Below are positions 12,701 through 25,968 of a stretch of DNA of 64,000 nt, in pieces. How positions within the stretch are numbered: position 1 is the first letter of the stretch; each line of letters begins with the position of its first letter. The DNA lies in contig NC_043006.1 of assembly GCF_006345805.1 (NCBI RefSeq), positions 7,192,001-7,256,000 of the forward strand, written 5' to 3'. Below the pieces are notes generated by a model. The model saw nothing but the letters and a program-made list of their open reading frames with translations, searched no databases and was not told the DNA's origin. The position numbers and the translations under genes are program-made. The stretch comes from Octopus sinensis. Taxonomy: Eukaryota.

Positions 12701-15700
12701 AAAAACAGAATATTTATGTTATTGGCAGGAGCGGTTAATTGCACTTGGAAGTGCACAGATCCATTCCGACATTGTAATCATTTGTTCAACACCGGATCAT
12801 TGAACCGATTCACTACAAGACCCACTATTACAGGAAATGATGTAAGAACGCAGAAAACCTGAACAAATATCCCAGAAATTATATCCTCCCCAATATCGTT
12901 GGATTCTATTGAAAGCAATATATATGAGCACGTGTCTATGCGTGTATTTAAAGTATCTCTTTATATGCAATTAATATGCACGTACCATTTGGCAGGAATG
13001 TGCTTAATACGTAAAATTCTTATATCCAATTCTGTTACACGCTAAATTTGATGGTTATCTAACCAATGTGTTTGTTGAAGTTTAATGGGTTGGATGTAGT
13101 GCAAAGAAAATCTGTAGAGGTTACTTCAAAATTCATTGAATAACAATGCTAACACGGGGGTAGCATTTAATATTCTTGATAGTATATTAAGGCTGCATAA
13201 CGGAATAAGGTGTCTCTACCAGTAATTGATATATACGTACCAGTTGTCAGGAAAGTGTTTAATATGTAAATTGGTATACCCAACTGTGTTACACCGCTCC
13301 GTTTGTTGGCAATTAAAGCAATAAGTTCGAAAATGGTTAATGGGTTGGATATGCTTATTTTGTATCTTCAATCACTTTGTTTACATAGACGTATTCGCAT
13401 ATGAAACATTATAACTTTCAGTGCTGGCTCGGCTCTAGTTTCTATAGAAATCTGTGGTGATGCATTTAAAAAGTGTTATATATTATATGTACGTACTTAT
13501 GTATAAAGGTACACAAGTATGCACACACACACACATATATATATAGATATGTAATTATCCTGTGTAGGTTTGTACGTGTGTATCGATGTATATATTTTAA
13601 TGTATAAGTGTTGGCAATTGCCCATATCTAGAACATTAATCGCATCGTTACACAATGTACGTTTCCCTTCCATCCCTCCCCCTTTCCATTTCCTCTGTAT
13701 ATATTATTACACTATCTATGCACATCAAATTGCTACCTTCAAACCAAAGAAATTAATCTTCCTTCAATTACAAGTTTTCGACTGCTCGTACGATAATTTT
13801 TGATATTAAATATATTTAGCTTGTAAATTCATCTGTAACCGAAATAATAATTATAATCATAGATGATTTATAAAGGTCTGATTAACAAGGATTGATTTTG
13901 CTGTTGGCTGTGTGATATATATGAAAGATAGAACATGAAGAGAATTTCTTAAAGTAATATCAATATACGTTAATTTTCACAATACTGTATTTTTCAAGTA
14001 CTTTATTCAAGATCAGAGCAGTTTATTTTTTTAACGATATGTAGTGTTGCATGTTTCGATGTAGTTAGGTAAAATCTAGGACTTCAGGGGACCAAAAGCA
14101 AAGAATTTAGGCGTTACACAATCTGCTACAAATAGCAGCCAATTCTACTAATATGGAATGCATGAAAAATAATTCTTACTAATCTAGGCGCAAGGCCTTC
14201 GATATAGAAGTAGGAGAAATCGATGACATTGATTCCAGTACTTGATTGGTACTATGTTTAATCGACCTACAATGGATGACAGTGAAAGTGGAACTACATG
14301 GTATTTGAACTTGAAAAATGAATTACCCGTAGAAATAGCACCAACCCCCCTGCCTGTTCATCGCCTTGATGTCGTAAATAGTAATGAGAGGTTTATGGTG
14401 GCATTCTACACCACACTATATCTAAAGCAAAAAATAATGTTCGAGTATATACTTAATGATAGTTTAATAGCTCTAACACAGAATTTCAACTGCTGGAACC
14501 TCGTTGCCTTGAGTGGGAAGGATTGGAATGAGTAGAGTGGCGCTGTTGCTGGGCGTGTTGATGTGTTGATAAAATACGTTATATATAGGGAGAAGTATAA
14601 GTATGAGGGTTATGCTGCTAGCATGGTTAAGTTGTAATGTAAGGATGAATTGTAATTAGGGAAAATATATAGACTAGACGCAATGGGCAAACGATGAAAA
14701 AAATTAGTGCTTACAAGAAAGGATTACATCTGAGGCATTGTCATGACGGAGAATGTATGATCGCTTACCTGTTAAGAAGTACCGTACGTTTTATCATCAC
14801 TGTGTTGGACTAAGGGGGATGGGTTGTCACTGCTGTTATATGTGATCATGCTGGTTACATTATGATTGGTATTACTGAATCGGGGTGGAGTTTAGGGTGA
14901 TCCTCTGACAGTCGACCCTATGATATGTTCAACTGAACTCCACATCAACCCATCTCTTAGCAATAATACAATCTTTAGAGACCCTACTCGATTCCAGAAT
15001 ACCGACCACATATCTTGTACTTCTTGTAATTTTGTTCTGTAAACATACACACATACACACACGCACGCACACACATACACATACGCGCACACACATACAC
15101 ACACAACGCACGCACACACACACACACCACACACAAATATATATATATATATATGGTAATACACACATGTTCATCGGCTGAATATTTTAAAGGTTTTCTT
15201 CTCTACGTATGTATCACGTATGTTATTAGAAAATGTGCAGATGAATATTTTTTATGAATGTTAATGGATATATTAAAAACATATTTATCAGTATTTCATT
15301 TACCATTTAAACTTTAGTTATATTTTACGAAATAAATATTTCCCTATTTATTCTTTGTTAGTGTCATATTTTCTGCACATTGTTATAATGGAAAAAATTG
15401 ATTGCCAACAACTTATGCTATTTAAATTCCCACTATTCGAAGTTTTCTAGTGTTCGGATTTGTTGTCGACGAACCATTATTCTTAGTCTAGGGAGCATGC
15501 CTGTCTGGCCAATATAATTCTCACCATACGCACAGTATATTATGACATAACTTAAGTGTTGAGAAAGTCGTAAGAAATTATTTATTTTATATATTCAGGT
15601 TTTATGAGTGATGAGGTTTGATTAATTACTGTAAAGGCCTCAATATTTACGTGTCAATGGACTTGGATGCACGCTGAAACATTTGTTTCTGCTAGGGTTC

Positions 15701-17559
15701 CATTTCTTAAATCACTGACATCGATTGTCTCTGCGCTTCACAATGCTAAATAATGATGGATGGTGGATACCGTCTTCCAATCCGGATTATTTTGCTTTTG
15801 CTCTTTCGTTCTTTTGTTCTTTCCTTTTACATGTTCGGATTTGACACAATGTCGCATAATCTTTTATCTATATCGTACGGGATATTGATACTCGTTGTTT
15901 CTCTTTGTGTGCTGCATGATCTAAAAAAAATAATGTCTCCAGTCTGTCGGTACATAATACAGTTTTGTGTAAATCATAAATTCTTGTTTTATGACTAATA
16001 TATCTGACAAAATTAATTTCTGTTTGTTGTAATTCCTAATGGTACTATTTATGAGAATTTTAAATTCAGAAATTCTAACCAAACCTTCTTCTCATTGGAT
16101 GAAACAGTGGTGTAGATATCTTTTCCAAGTCTACTTCAGCTGATTATGAAAACATTTTTCGTATTTCTACCTGGATCTTTCATATACTTGTACCTTGCGT
16201 ACTTTGCGGCCACTGTAGTTACTATTGCAGTTCCTTTGTTTATACGTATTACTTAGTCAAAATTTCAGACAAATTCTTTTGTAGAATTTCAATATAAAAG
16301 TCTTTTAAAGTGTATTTTGAACTTGAAATATTGTCACACATATGCTAACGTCGTTTGTCAACTAACAGGATAAAATGGTCTGAATTTACAGAAGTAGTTA
16401 TCAAGCCTGTTACACAGAGACTCACTCACATGCATACACACACACACACACATATACTCACACTCTCACAAACACATACACACGAAAACGCGCATACACA
16501 CAGAGGCACACACATGTACGTTTATGTATGGAAGTTTATCTGAGTGCTTGTATATGTCATTATCTTATATTCAAACATATTTTAATTATGTGCAAAACCA
16601 TCTGTTATTTACAGAATAAATATTATTTCCACAGCCTACAATTTATTTCATGCGATAGTGTTAAAACAAACAGTCCTGTTAAAAATAACAATTCATTATA
16701 TTATATTAAATTATGAACGTTAATATCAATATTTTGAAACTTTTTTTGTGCATATAGTTAATAGATGTTCGGTTTTGTTAATAACATACTGCAAATATTT
16801 CATCTAATGCGGTAATTAAGGATGAAAATACAGCAAACTTGTATGTGAATATCTAGAAAAATCAATAGAATTTATTGAATAGAAACTAATATCATTAACT
16901 GTAATAATTTATATTGTACACCATTTTGAATTATTGGTGAAAACGAACAACAAACAAATCATATTTGATGTCTTCAGAAAATGATACGAGTGGAAAATCT
17001 ATAGCTCTCATTCACGATATCCAATTAGTTTTGATGCTAGGTTTTGAAAGATCTTAAAATATAGAATAGAAGATTATCTCAACTAATAAAACGAGCATAT
17101 GTTTATATAAACAGGAAGAAACATGCATGATTATATAAATGTATTTGTATTAACCATAATAAAGAGACAGTGGTTTATTTCCTTTATAGTCGATAGTTGA
17201 TAAAGCCGCTGTAGTGCTTATGACGCCGGTCAAGGTAGGAACACGTTTCAGGAGTTATCTACTTGTTCCCATACATTTATGATGTCGAAGTTACAGCAAT
17301 GCTCCAAGGCAACATAATCGAGAAGAAAAATTACATCCATTAATGCGATGGAAAATTTAAAAGCCGTTATGCAAACCACCAATCCTCTTACCGACCCGTT
17401 GATAAACATAAGTTGATTAGTCATGTATGGAATGTAAACGCGAATTGCACATCACATACAATCAAGTGGAGAATTATGGATAAATCTATGCTATCGTCCT
17501 GATATTTGAATACATTTAGCGTTATGAACTTAGCATGAAACACTGCTTGGAGACACATG

Positions 17560-17900
17560 GCATGTTAGTACACGAGTCCATGATTTCAATAGCTGTTGTT
17601 CGTGACTGTGGCTTTGAACTGATTGATCACCTTTTCTCCTGATTTGGCCCCATCGGACTATCATCCGTTCCCCAACATAAAAAAAAAACCTGGTTGAGAA
17701 CAAGTAATGCAGTGATGATGAAGCCATATCTATTCTATATGACATTTTTTTTTTACCAAACAGTGGGATTCTATGCTTACAACACCGATGGAAGAAGTGT
17801 ACGGAGTGCAAAGGGAATTATATTGAAAAATAAACCTGATTTGGTCACATTCCATGAGAGTTTATTGGTAAGCCTATGGAATTTTCCGTCGAACCACGTA
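17560..17900 (+). mobile_element. Degenerate mariner 3' fragment
   Basis: VRDCGFELIDH..SPDLAPSDYH.FP, followed by a TIR-like end finishing in CGTA. Confidence 0.75.
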
Positions 17901-18270
17901 TATCCAGCAATTAGTAGCTCTTTTGTAAATGTGTATATTGATGTATTTGTGTGCGTGCGTGTGTGTGTGTGTCTGTGAATGTGTGCGGTCGTGTGGATAT
18001 ATATAAAGAATATGTAATGGGATGCATACAACATATCTATTGAGAGAAAGAGAATTTCGGATGATCACTTTACATATTTCGCTGTCGGTTAATCTTAGTT
18101 CTCAACTGATGTATGTTAAATGTTACGAGTCTTATGACTCTGAATTTCGAGTACCATATGTCTGGTTCTTTGTACAAGCAGAGAAAATTACATCTGTTAG
18201 CATTCAATAGCGAAACCTGTTAAGTGACCAAAACAAATCTAAGAATATATACGCTTGTTATATATAATCA

Positions 18271-18506
18271 CTTTACTCATTTACTCTCTTTTACTTGTTT
18301 CAGTCATTTGACTGTGGTCATGTTGGAGCACCGCCTTTTAGTCGAGCAAATCGACCCCAGGACTTATTCTTTGTAAGCCTAGTACTTATTCTATCGGTCT
18401 CTTTTGCCGAACCGCTAAGTTACGGGGACGTAAAACACACCAGCATCGGTTGTCAAGCGATATTGTGGGGACAAACATAGACAAACAAACATATACACAC
18501 ACATAC

Positions 18507-18590
<84 letters not shown>

Positions 18591-18760
18591 CATATATACG
18601 ACGGGCTTCTTTCAGTTTCCGTCTACCAACTCCACACAGAAGGCTTTTTGGTTGGCCCAAGGCTATAGTAGAAGACACTTGTCCAAGGTGCCACGTAGTG
18701 GAACTGAACCCGGAACCATGTGGCTGGTAAGCAAGCTACTTACCACACAGCCACTCCTAC
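18271..18760 (-). mobile_element. SINE family A
   Basis: End-to-end match, with an expanded internal (TA)n. Confidence 0.92.
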
Positions 18761-19088
18761 ACACACATATACGAATGATTTCTTCATTCCTGATTTCGTC
18801 AAAGAGAATGGTATTCATGATTTGTCGCAGCCTGGTTTAATCGCGCATTATCTGAGACAATACAAGGAGAAAAGAAACCACAGAGGACATAGACTAACAT
18901 TCAAAGATACTTCAAAAAGAAATATGAAGTAGAAAGGAATTTATTTTAATAAGTGTCAAAACCAAGCGAAAATCCGACCAGGAAACTTATCAAGTAATAC
19001 CAAAACCATGAGCAGTCATAGTCGCTTCATCCGAACAAAAAGATATATAAATATCTATGACCCCCAACACCACACACACACACACATA

Positions 19089-19484
19089 TCTTTATATATA
19101 AAAGTTAGGTTGTGTGTCTGTCTACTCCGATTTAGATTCCTAACTACTCCCACATTTTGCGGTGCAGTTTAACCAAAACCGGATATCTTATAGTCGTGAT
19201 TCATATCGAGCCCTTCTGGGTATTAGCGCGCGTCTACGATGAGTCTACGATTTTAAAAATAATTTACCGTCATTTTTTTCCATTTTAATGCATATTTTTT
19301 TAAATATAAGGGAAGTAACTCTCTAAAAATGTCTACGATGAGTCAACGATTTAAAAAAAAATTACCATCATACTTTTTCCATTTTTAATGCATCTTTTTG
19401 CTATTTTTGGGGGGATAACTCTCTAAAAATGCTTATATAGTTATTTTCCTTACAAACCCGAGCAACGCCGGGCGATACTGCTAG
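19089..19484 (+). mobile_element. Non-autonomous Helitron
   Basis: 5' TC after an A, subterminal hairpin CCCGAGCAACGCCGGG, 3' CTAG before a T, no TSD, and two internal copies of a unit of about 100 bp. Confidence 0.88.
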
Positions 19485-19925
19485 TAATATATAAACAATT
19501 CGGATGCAACAAAAGTACTATCGTAATGAGTAGACAAGGGAGACATGCTCCTTACAAACGTAGATAGAGCGAGATCATCCTCGATTTCCCATCTTGATGC
19601 TTAACGCATCTTAACGACCAGTAGTAGCTCTCACTGCGCCTAGGGATAAACTCATCTCGCCTTGTCAGCTTATAAGCTTTTCATTGAAAGGATACGCCAA
19701 TTTTATGAACGGTAAATGGAGAATTAGAAATAATATGGGTGGCCTATTCGCAATGTACCTTGTCAGCTCATTAAGATGGTTCTTTTGTGAGTACTGAGTT
19801 ATTTTGACTCTTATTTCTAGCAATACTGGGGCTGATTAGAGCCCTTGTTTACATTAGTGACGCATGTATTTCTGCCTGTAAAACTGCGAATTAGTCAGCC
19901 ATATTATATATATATATATATATAC

Positions 19926-20066
19926 AATATGAATTAGAGATAAAACCACTATTATGCAACTCAAACAGTGATAGACATAAACTAATACATAAATAACAAA
20001 TACTATGTATATTATGTCTATCACTGTTTGATTTGCATAATAGTGGTTTTATCTCTAATTCATATT
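19926..20066. repeat. Fold-back inverted repeat, 55-bp arms
   Basis: AATATGAATTAGAGATAAAACCACTATTATGCAA..CAAACAGTGATAGACATAA and its reverse complement around a 31-bp spacer. Confidence 0.9.
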
Positions 20067-20139
20067 TTATATATTTATACTGTGAAATTTGATTTGATAC
20101 GAAATTGAATTTTTCCCCGTAAGTTTGGAGTTATACCCC

Positions 20140-20370
<231 letters not shown>

Positions 20371-20464
20371 TTAGAATAACTTAGAATAACTTAGAAAGGT
20401 TTTTGGCCAGTATTGGCCCAGGCCATGTCTAACTTAATAGCACCACCTGGCGAAGTCTTTCAGT

Positions 20465-23400
20465 TCAGGATTTGGGCACCAAGGCCCATTCGAGTAGAGA
20501 GTTATTGTTTGCGGAGACATATCCGGGTGTGGGTGGTTTGTCCGGTACTGTTTGAAGGAATTTGTCCAAAGACTTCTTGAATTTTGTGTGGTCAGTTTCT
20601 TTTTTGACGTGTCCTGGTGTAATGTTGAAGAGAGCAGGTCCAAATGAGGTGAAATAGTTGTGCCGTATTGTCGTTATGTGATGCGATTTAGATTTTTGTT
20701 GTGGACGGATGGCACGTGGTCCAAGCCTTGGATGCATTTTGAAGGTGATGCCAACATCATTCGGACAGTGCTGATGGAATATTTTCCACATCATACAGAT
20801 AATGTAGCGTTCACGGCGTCGTTGGAGTGAATACAATTTCAGCTTCTCTAGTCTACCCCAGTAGTCAAGGTCTGACATGCCATCTATCTTTTTTGTGATT
20901 GACCTTTGGGGAGCTTCAATTCTCTTAATATTTTGTTTTGTGTAGGGAGACCACAGTGGACAGCAGTATTCAAGGTGGGGTCGGGCAAAAGTGGAGAAGA
21001 GAAGGATAATAGCGTGGGAATCTCTCGACTGGAAGGTTCTGAGAATCCAGGAACACATTCTGCGGGCCATGTCAACTTTGCTGCTTATATGTGTAGCCCA
21101 GCTTATGTTGTTGTCCACTGTTACTCCCAGGTCTCTGATGTTGTTGGATGCCATGAGAATTTCTCCAGAAGGAAGAGAGTATGGGAGTTTCAGAGCGTCC
21201 TCCCTTCCAAAGTGGATCAGTTCGAATTTGTCTTCATTTAGCAACATGTTATTCTTTTCCGCCCATTGGACAGCAGCCAGTAGGTCTGACTGAAGGTTTA
21301 TTCGGTCATCCACGCCATTGATGACCTTCTGGAGCTTGGAATCATCAGCGAAGGTTCTGATGTTGCTGTGTTTGATGGTGTCAGTAATATCATTTATGTA
21401 GATGATGAAGAGAAGTGGGCCCAACACAGTGCCTTGTGGGACACCACTGCTGACTTTGGCTGGGCTGGATTTGACTCCCTCGACTACAACATGTTGGGTT
21501 CTGTTAGAGAGGAAGCACTTGATCCATTGCAGCAGCTTTCCAGTGACACCAATATTGGACAGCTTTCTCAGAAGGATCTTATGATTAACCCTGTCAAAGG
21601 CCTTGCTGAAATCAAGGTAGATGACATCAGTGTTGGAACCCTCTCCCAAGGCTCTCAAAATGTCATCAAAATGATGCAGTAGCTGCGTCAGGCAATCTCT
21701 CCCATTACGGAATCCATGCTGGTTGGGGTTCAGCATATTATGACTCTCAAGGAAGTGAGTCATACGCGATCTCAGCACCCTCTCAAATACCTTGATGATA
21801 TGAGAGGTGAGTGAGATTGGACGGTAATTCACGGCAAGCGATTTGTTTCCTTTTTTGAAAACTGGGACAACAGACTGGGATAGAAGGTCTTCTGGTATAT
21901 ATCCAGCATCCAGTGAGTTCCGCCACAGATTGGCTAGAGGGGGTGCAAGTTGGTTTTGACACATCTTCAAGACACAAGCAGGGAACCTATCGGGACCTAC
22001 TGCTGAATTATGCTTCATTTCCTTTATTGCTGCTAAGACATCAGGAGCGCCAAATGTTATGTCTGATAAAGTGTATTGGGGAGTAACATCACTGATACAG
22101 CCCAGATCAGTCATATCAGGATTGCTGAAAACAGAGCAATATTGTTTCTGCAATATTTCTCCCATGGTTTTGGCATTGTCTTGAAGAGTACCATTTTCAT
22201 CAATCAGAGGGCCAACAGTAGAACCAGTGACTCTGTGTTTTTTTGCAAATGAAAAGAACACTTTGGGATTGAGTTTGATCTTCTCAATGGCCCAGGCCTC
22301 TTCAGCTCTTCGCTGACTATTGATGATAGACATCATGTTGTTTTGGAGTTTATGTTTTTTAATCTCTAGCGACGAGATGGCAGTCAGGTTGGTGTGTTGC
22401 TGTTGACAGTATTTCAGCATGTTGATCTTTTTGTTGATTCTTTTAATTTTCCTTATGAGAGATTTTCTATTTCTAGGGATTCGACACTTAGATTTGTTTG
22501 CAGATCTTAATGGGGTGTGTCTTGCACATATGTTCGTGATGGTGTCTACAAGTGACTGCCAGGACTTTTTGATGTTAGTGGGTGTGTATGTGTGCGTGAA
22601 GGACCAATCGACTTGTGCAAGATCATTATTGATCGCTTCCCAGTTTGCATTGTGGAAATCCATAGTGTCAAATGGATGAACAGGAGGAATGACATTTGTT
22701 TTGCATTTTGGCCAGTGAAATCTCAGATCACAGAGAACCATGTCATGGTCGGAGAGTAGGGTTTTTTCCACTGCAATATTGTGGATAGTATCAGTGTGAT
22801 TGCTGAAAACTAAGTCTAAGACGTTTTTGTGACATCTCGTTGGTTCGAGTACCAGTTGGGACAAGAAGAAGTCATCCATGAAGTCAAGAAGCGATTCCAC
22901 TGCCTCCCTGTCAGGGGTTGAGAGAGAAGAACCTGGCGGCAGACTGTTTGTAGACCAGTCAACCCCGGGAAGGTTGAAATCTCCCATCATTAAAATGTTG
23001 TCAGGTTGACACTGCTGAATGAAACACTTTATGCTGTTGAGGCATTCCTTGAATCATGGTAGGGGCGTTTGGGGTGGTCTGTAGAGCCCAACTACTGTTA
23101 AGTTGTTGGTTTGACTGAATACAGCGACTGCTTCGCAGTATCCATTCGAAAATATGTTCATGGCTTCTGTTGAGAATGAATCATGGACATAAATGGCAGT
23201 CCCACCCTTTCTTCTGCCAACACGATCAGCACGAATGGTTTTGAAATTTTTAACTTTCACCTCGGCTTCCAAGTGGAGGTCACGTGAGGACGAAGAAAGG
23301 GATGTGGTTTGGATGGGCCTCGACCCAGTCCTCCAGGAATCTTATCTTCCATTTTTGTGTATTGGTGGAAGGGCTGATGCCTTGGGCATTAAGCAGAAAT

Positions 23401-23468
23401 GTTGAGGCGAGAGTGGATGGTTTTAATTGTTTTGCTGATTTGTTTATTTGATTGCTTTTTAATGGCAT
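20465..23468 (-). pseudogene. LINE ORF2: apurinic endonuclease plus reverse transcriptase, disrupted near the N-terminus
   Basis: The 841-aa ORF has GDFNLP, NYRPISLTS, YLDFSKAFD, GVPQGTVLGPLLF, FADD and SLQRRRERY. Upstream pieces (LLNAQG, GGTAIYV, LYRPP) complete the APE domain. There is an in-frame TGA at 23054-23056 and a frameshift near 23280. Confidence 0.93.
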
Positions 23469-24666
23469 GTGTAGTGGGGTAATAGTGGTGGATGGCGGTG
23501 GGTGATAGCTCGGATGTTTTTTTCCAGTTCTTTTGCTAGATTCATTATAGCTAAAAAAGAGGAAGAAGAGGTGGTTTCCTGTCTAGGGAACCGCAGGTGA
23601 CTGTGGCCGCGGCTATTTTTATGTGAGTGGTTATCTTTAAATGTCCGACGAGTCCCCGGGAGATGGGTAAAGGGGCAATCCCTGTGCAAACACAATCTGT
23701 CTCGCTGGGAATAGCGGCAGATTTGGGGATTCCTTGTTTGAGATATTGGTGGTTGTGATGATGTTGTATTATGGTGGTTGCTGTTGTAGTTTGTGGGGAT
23801 AGAGCGTTTTGTTCCAGGTAAATGGGTGAATTTGCAGTCTCTATCAGTGCACAGTCTATGGCGAAGAGAATATCGGCAAATGATGGGGTTTCGAGTGGGT
23901 GTGTAGGTGCGTGTGTGTGTGTGAGCTGTGAAAGGTGTAGATGATAGTTTGTTGAAGTTTTGGCGACCTTTGTGACCTGTAGGAGGTAAATTCCTTGAGA
24001 TAGCATTAGTAGTAGTAGCTGTAGTAGTAGTAGTAGTAGTAGGTAGAAGAGATGTTGACAGTGGTAATGATTGAGGAGGTCGATTCCAAGACAAAGATGT
24101 TTGTCGATATATAGTGGGAGTAGTACTAGTAGTAGTAAGCAGAGGAGATGGTGTTGACAATGATGATGATTGAGCTGCTGGGGCAGTGAAAGGAAGGGGT
24201 GGTGCTTCCTGCTGTGTGACCCTGATGACTGGGGGTCAATCCTTTCGTTTAGCAAATCGGCCATTGTAGATGAATCAAGGAGTGGTTCATCCTGTTGTTG
24301 TTGTTGAGGTTGTTGTTGTTGCCTCTGAGGTTGTTGCTGCTGAAGTTGTTGTTGTTGCTGTAGCTGTTGTTGTTGTTGTTGAGGTTGTTGTTGTTGTTGT
24401 TGCGCCGGTGATGCGTTCGAAGAGAAAACACATCTTAGTTTATCGAAGTGTTTATTTATTAATTTAAAAGCAACTTCGATTTGTTTTAATTTATTTTGGA
24501 TCTGCTGTTCAGATCGAGTTTGCAAATGGTGAACTGTTCGTTTGGCAATTTCGTTCAGACACGAAGCACCTATGCTCTCTGTTTCGGTAAGGCCATGCCA
24601 TGTGTTGATAAGAACGTCGACTTCATTATCAGACCAGTTTTTGTTGGATTTTTGGTGGCTAGCCAT
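23459..24666 (-). pseudogene. LINE ORF1, about 400 aa when repaired: Myb/SANT-like N-terminus, polyQ, S/T/P-rich linker, two CCCH zinc fingers
   Basis: Built from the 371-aa and 233-aa ORFs joined at a C5 run (24231-24235). Motifs: NWSDNEVDVLINTW...RSEQQIQNKLKQI; CRYSLRHRLCTDRDCKFTH and CRYSQRDRLCLHRDCPFTH (C-x8-C-x4-C-x3-H). Confidence 0.75.
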
Positions 24667-24700
24667 TCTGGTGGATATGTTTTATTAAATTTTATTTTGT

Positions 24701-25114
24701 TACTCTCTTTACTCTTTACTCTTTTACTTGTTTCAGTCATTTGACTGCGGCCATGCTGGAGCACCGCCTTTAGTCGAGCAAATCGACCTCGGCATTTATT
24801 CTTTTGTAAGCCCAGTACTTATTCAATCGACCTCTTTTGCCGAACCGCTAAGTGACGGGGACATAAACACACCAGCATCGGTTGTCAAGCAATGCTAGGG
24901 AGACAAACACAGACACACAAACACATACACACACATACATATATATATATACGACAGGCTTCTTTCAGTTTCCGTCTACCAAATCCACTCACACGGCTTT
25001 GGTCGGCCCGGGGCAATAGCAGAAGACACTTGCCCAAGATGCCCCGCAGTGGGACTAACCCGGAACCATGTGGCTGGTTATCAAGCTACTTACCACACAG
25101 CCACTCCTGCGCCT
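24701..25114 (-). mobile_element. SINE family A abutting the LINE 5' end
   Basis: End-to-end match. Its tail ends about 35 nt upstream of the LINE ORF1 ATG. Confidence 0.92.
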
Positions 25115-25560
25115 ATGAATTAAATCTTTTGAAAGCAAAGCGTCAGTCCATTGAGCGGGAAAGAGATAGTTCATATGCCTTTCTATGCAAAGTGATATAT
25201 TGAAAGCCTACCTTCTAATAATAATTTGTTTGAAGAACTTATTCTACTCATATAACTCTTTGATGCTTGTGCTGAAAGCCTGCATCCGCACACTGAGTGT
25301 GCAAATGGTTTCGTAAAGCCTATAAAATTTTGTATGCAGAAAATATGCATGAAATATCACGTATGCATAAGAGATGCCTTTGCATTCTTGTAGGGATTCA
25401 TTACGTGGAATTGATTTAAAGGATACGATGCTTAACCTTGCTGCTGTATCGTGTTACAGGTTAACGCTCTAAATTAGACTCGTCTAATTATATGCGAACT
25501 ATTAAATAATTATGTATTTCCTCGAAATTTTTACGTTTTGTTACTAATTAATAAAATTAT

Positions 25561-25968
25561 AGGCGCAGGAGTGGCTGTGTGATAAGTAGCTTGCTAACCA
25601 ACCACATGGTTCCGGGTTCAGTCCCACTGCGTGGCATCTTGGGCAAGTGTCTTCTACTATAGCCCCGGGCCGACCAATGCCTTGTGAGTGGATTTGGTAG
25701 ACGGAAACTGAAAAGAAGCCTGTCGTATATATGTATATGTATATATATATGTATGTTTGTGTGTCTGTGTTTGTCCCCCTAGCATTGCTTGACAGCCGAT
25801 GCTGGTGTGTTTACGTCCCCGTCACTTAGCGGTCCGGAAAAAGAGGTCGATAGAATAAGTACTGGGCTTACAAAGAATAAGTCCCGGGGTCGATTTGCTC
25901 GACTAAAGGCGGTGCTCCAGCATGGCCGCAGTCAAATGACTGAAACAAGTAAAAGAGTAAAAGAGAGT
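25561..25968 (+). mobile_element. SINE family A
   Basis: End-to-end match. Confidence 0.92.

Noticed and set aside
20884-22679. Short overlapping ORFs inside the LINE
   Set aside because: They are shadow frames of ORF2.
24249-24467. PolyN and polyV ORFs
   Set aside because: They are alternative frames and the antisense of the ORF1 polyQ tract.
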